A stretch of 64,000 nt of DNA, taken from assembly GCF_037042905.1 (NCBI RefSeq), contig NC_087254.1, positions 32,550,001 through 32,614,000 on the forward strand. The letters run 5' to 3'. Each line of letters starts with the position of its first letter. Position 1 is the stretch's first letter. This stretch comes from Lytechinus pictus (Eukaryota). The notes beneath the pieces were generated by a model, which did not search any database, was not told the DNA's origin, and was given only the letters and a program-made list of their open reading frames with translations. The position numbers and the translations under genes were made by a program. Shown here in pieces: positions 63,266-64,000 of the stretch.

Positions 63266-64000
63266 GGACTGATAAAGAGAGCCGTAGCAGACGACGGAGA
63301 TGCGTACATGATCTGCGTCCGCAAATAACGTGCACGCATGTATGTACTAACATGAAAAACAGCATATGGGACGATCTTACAAAAAATTGCACATGCGGGG
63401 CTATTGGAGAGTCACAGCAGATGACGGCTAGCAGACGCCGATGGGCGCGCGCATTTAGCGAGCACATCGTGATCGTTTTAACTATCGATAGTACGTACAG
63501 TGTATTAAAAAGGTACCGCGATGTCTATGGCTTTTTCGGACCATGTTGGTGCTATGAATTTCCTTTTTTTTACAGTTTAAATGAATTTTACGTAAGTTTT
63601 AAGTGGTTTCACATGATAAATTAGATATTAAGGAATATTTTGATATCATTCTCTCGACAACAAACACATTTTGAAATTCTTGTTGTCCTGCCTACCATTA
63701 AAATTTGCGAATTTATGAGGAGTTTCATATAAGGGCGGGAGCTTTAGGTAGTTTGCTGTCAGTGCTGTGCAAGCCCTCGCTTGAGTAAAGGTTCTGAATG
63801 TCTACAATGCATTGTCACTGTACTAAGAAATTAAGAACGGCACATTTTATACGTGCTAGTCTTTGTGAAAAGACCCACTTATTTATCAAAATTTTTAACC
63901 AGGGTCTGTGCCTGCAGACTAAGAGTAGGGGACAGCATTTTGTTAATAGTCTTTTATTTCTTCTGTCATCAAACAAATTTAAAATATTACACTCATGAAC

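Noticed and set aside
63114-63624. 117-aa and 126-aa ORFs near the window end
   Set aside because: They overlap the TAGACCAA array and a CpG-rich, probably repeat-derived segment; no recognisable family or consistent splice sites.

Overview
AT-rich, intron-containing animal genomic DNA. The SINE/MITE/G-tract repeat landscape suggests a marine invertebrate deuterostome, probably a sea urchin (inference). Most ORFs in the six-frame track are spurious, so genes were rebuilt by hand from GT-AG splice sites and codon phase. (1) A minus-strand mitochondrial enoyl-CoA delta isomerase gene (ECI1): 7 clear exons at 2595-10656, first exon uncertain. (2) A ~33-kb cluster of six intact 4-exon secreted lipocalin (ApoD-like) genes, arranged A,B,C (minus) then D,E,F (plus). 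All share intron phases 0/1/1 and only two cysteines in the mature chain, and they form two subfamilies (A/B and C-F). (3) Many non-autonomous transposons (piggyBac-, hAT-, Harbinger-, Tc1- and Kolobok-type), tRNA-derived SINEs, L2-type LINE ends and a 2.7-kb foldback element built from ~187-bp units. (4) A CpG-rich promoter-like region near 58.9-59.4 kb. Assembly gaps lie at 23246-23413 and 27508-27834. The best candidate for an undescribed system is the diversified lipocalin array, together with CTCF-like sites on either side, a near-perfect palindrome where gene orientation flips, and hairpin MITEs just after three stop codons.
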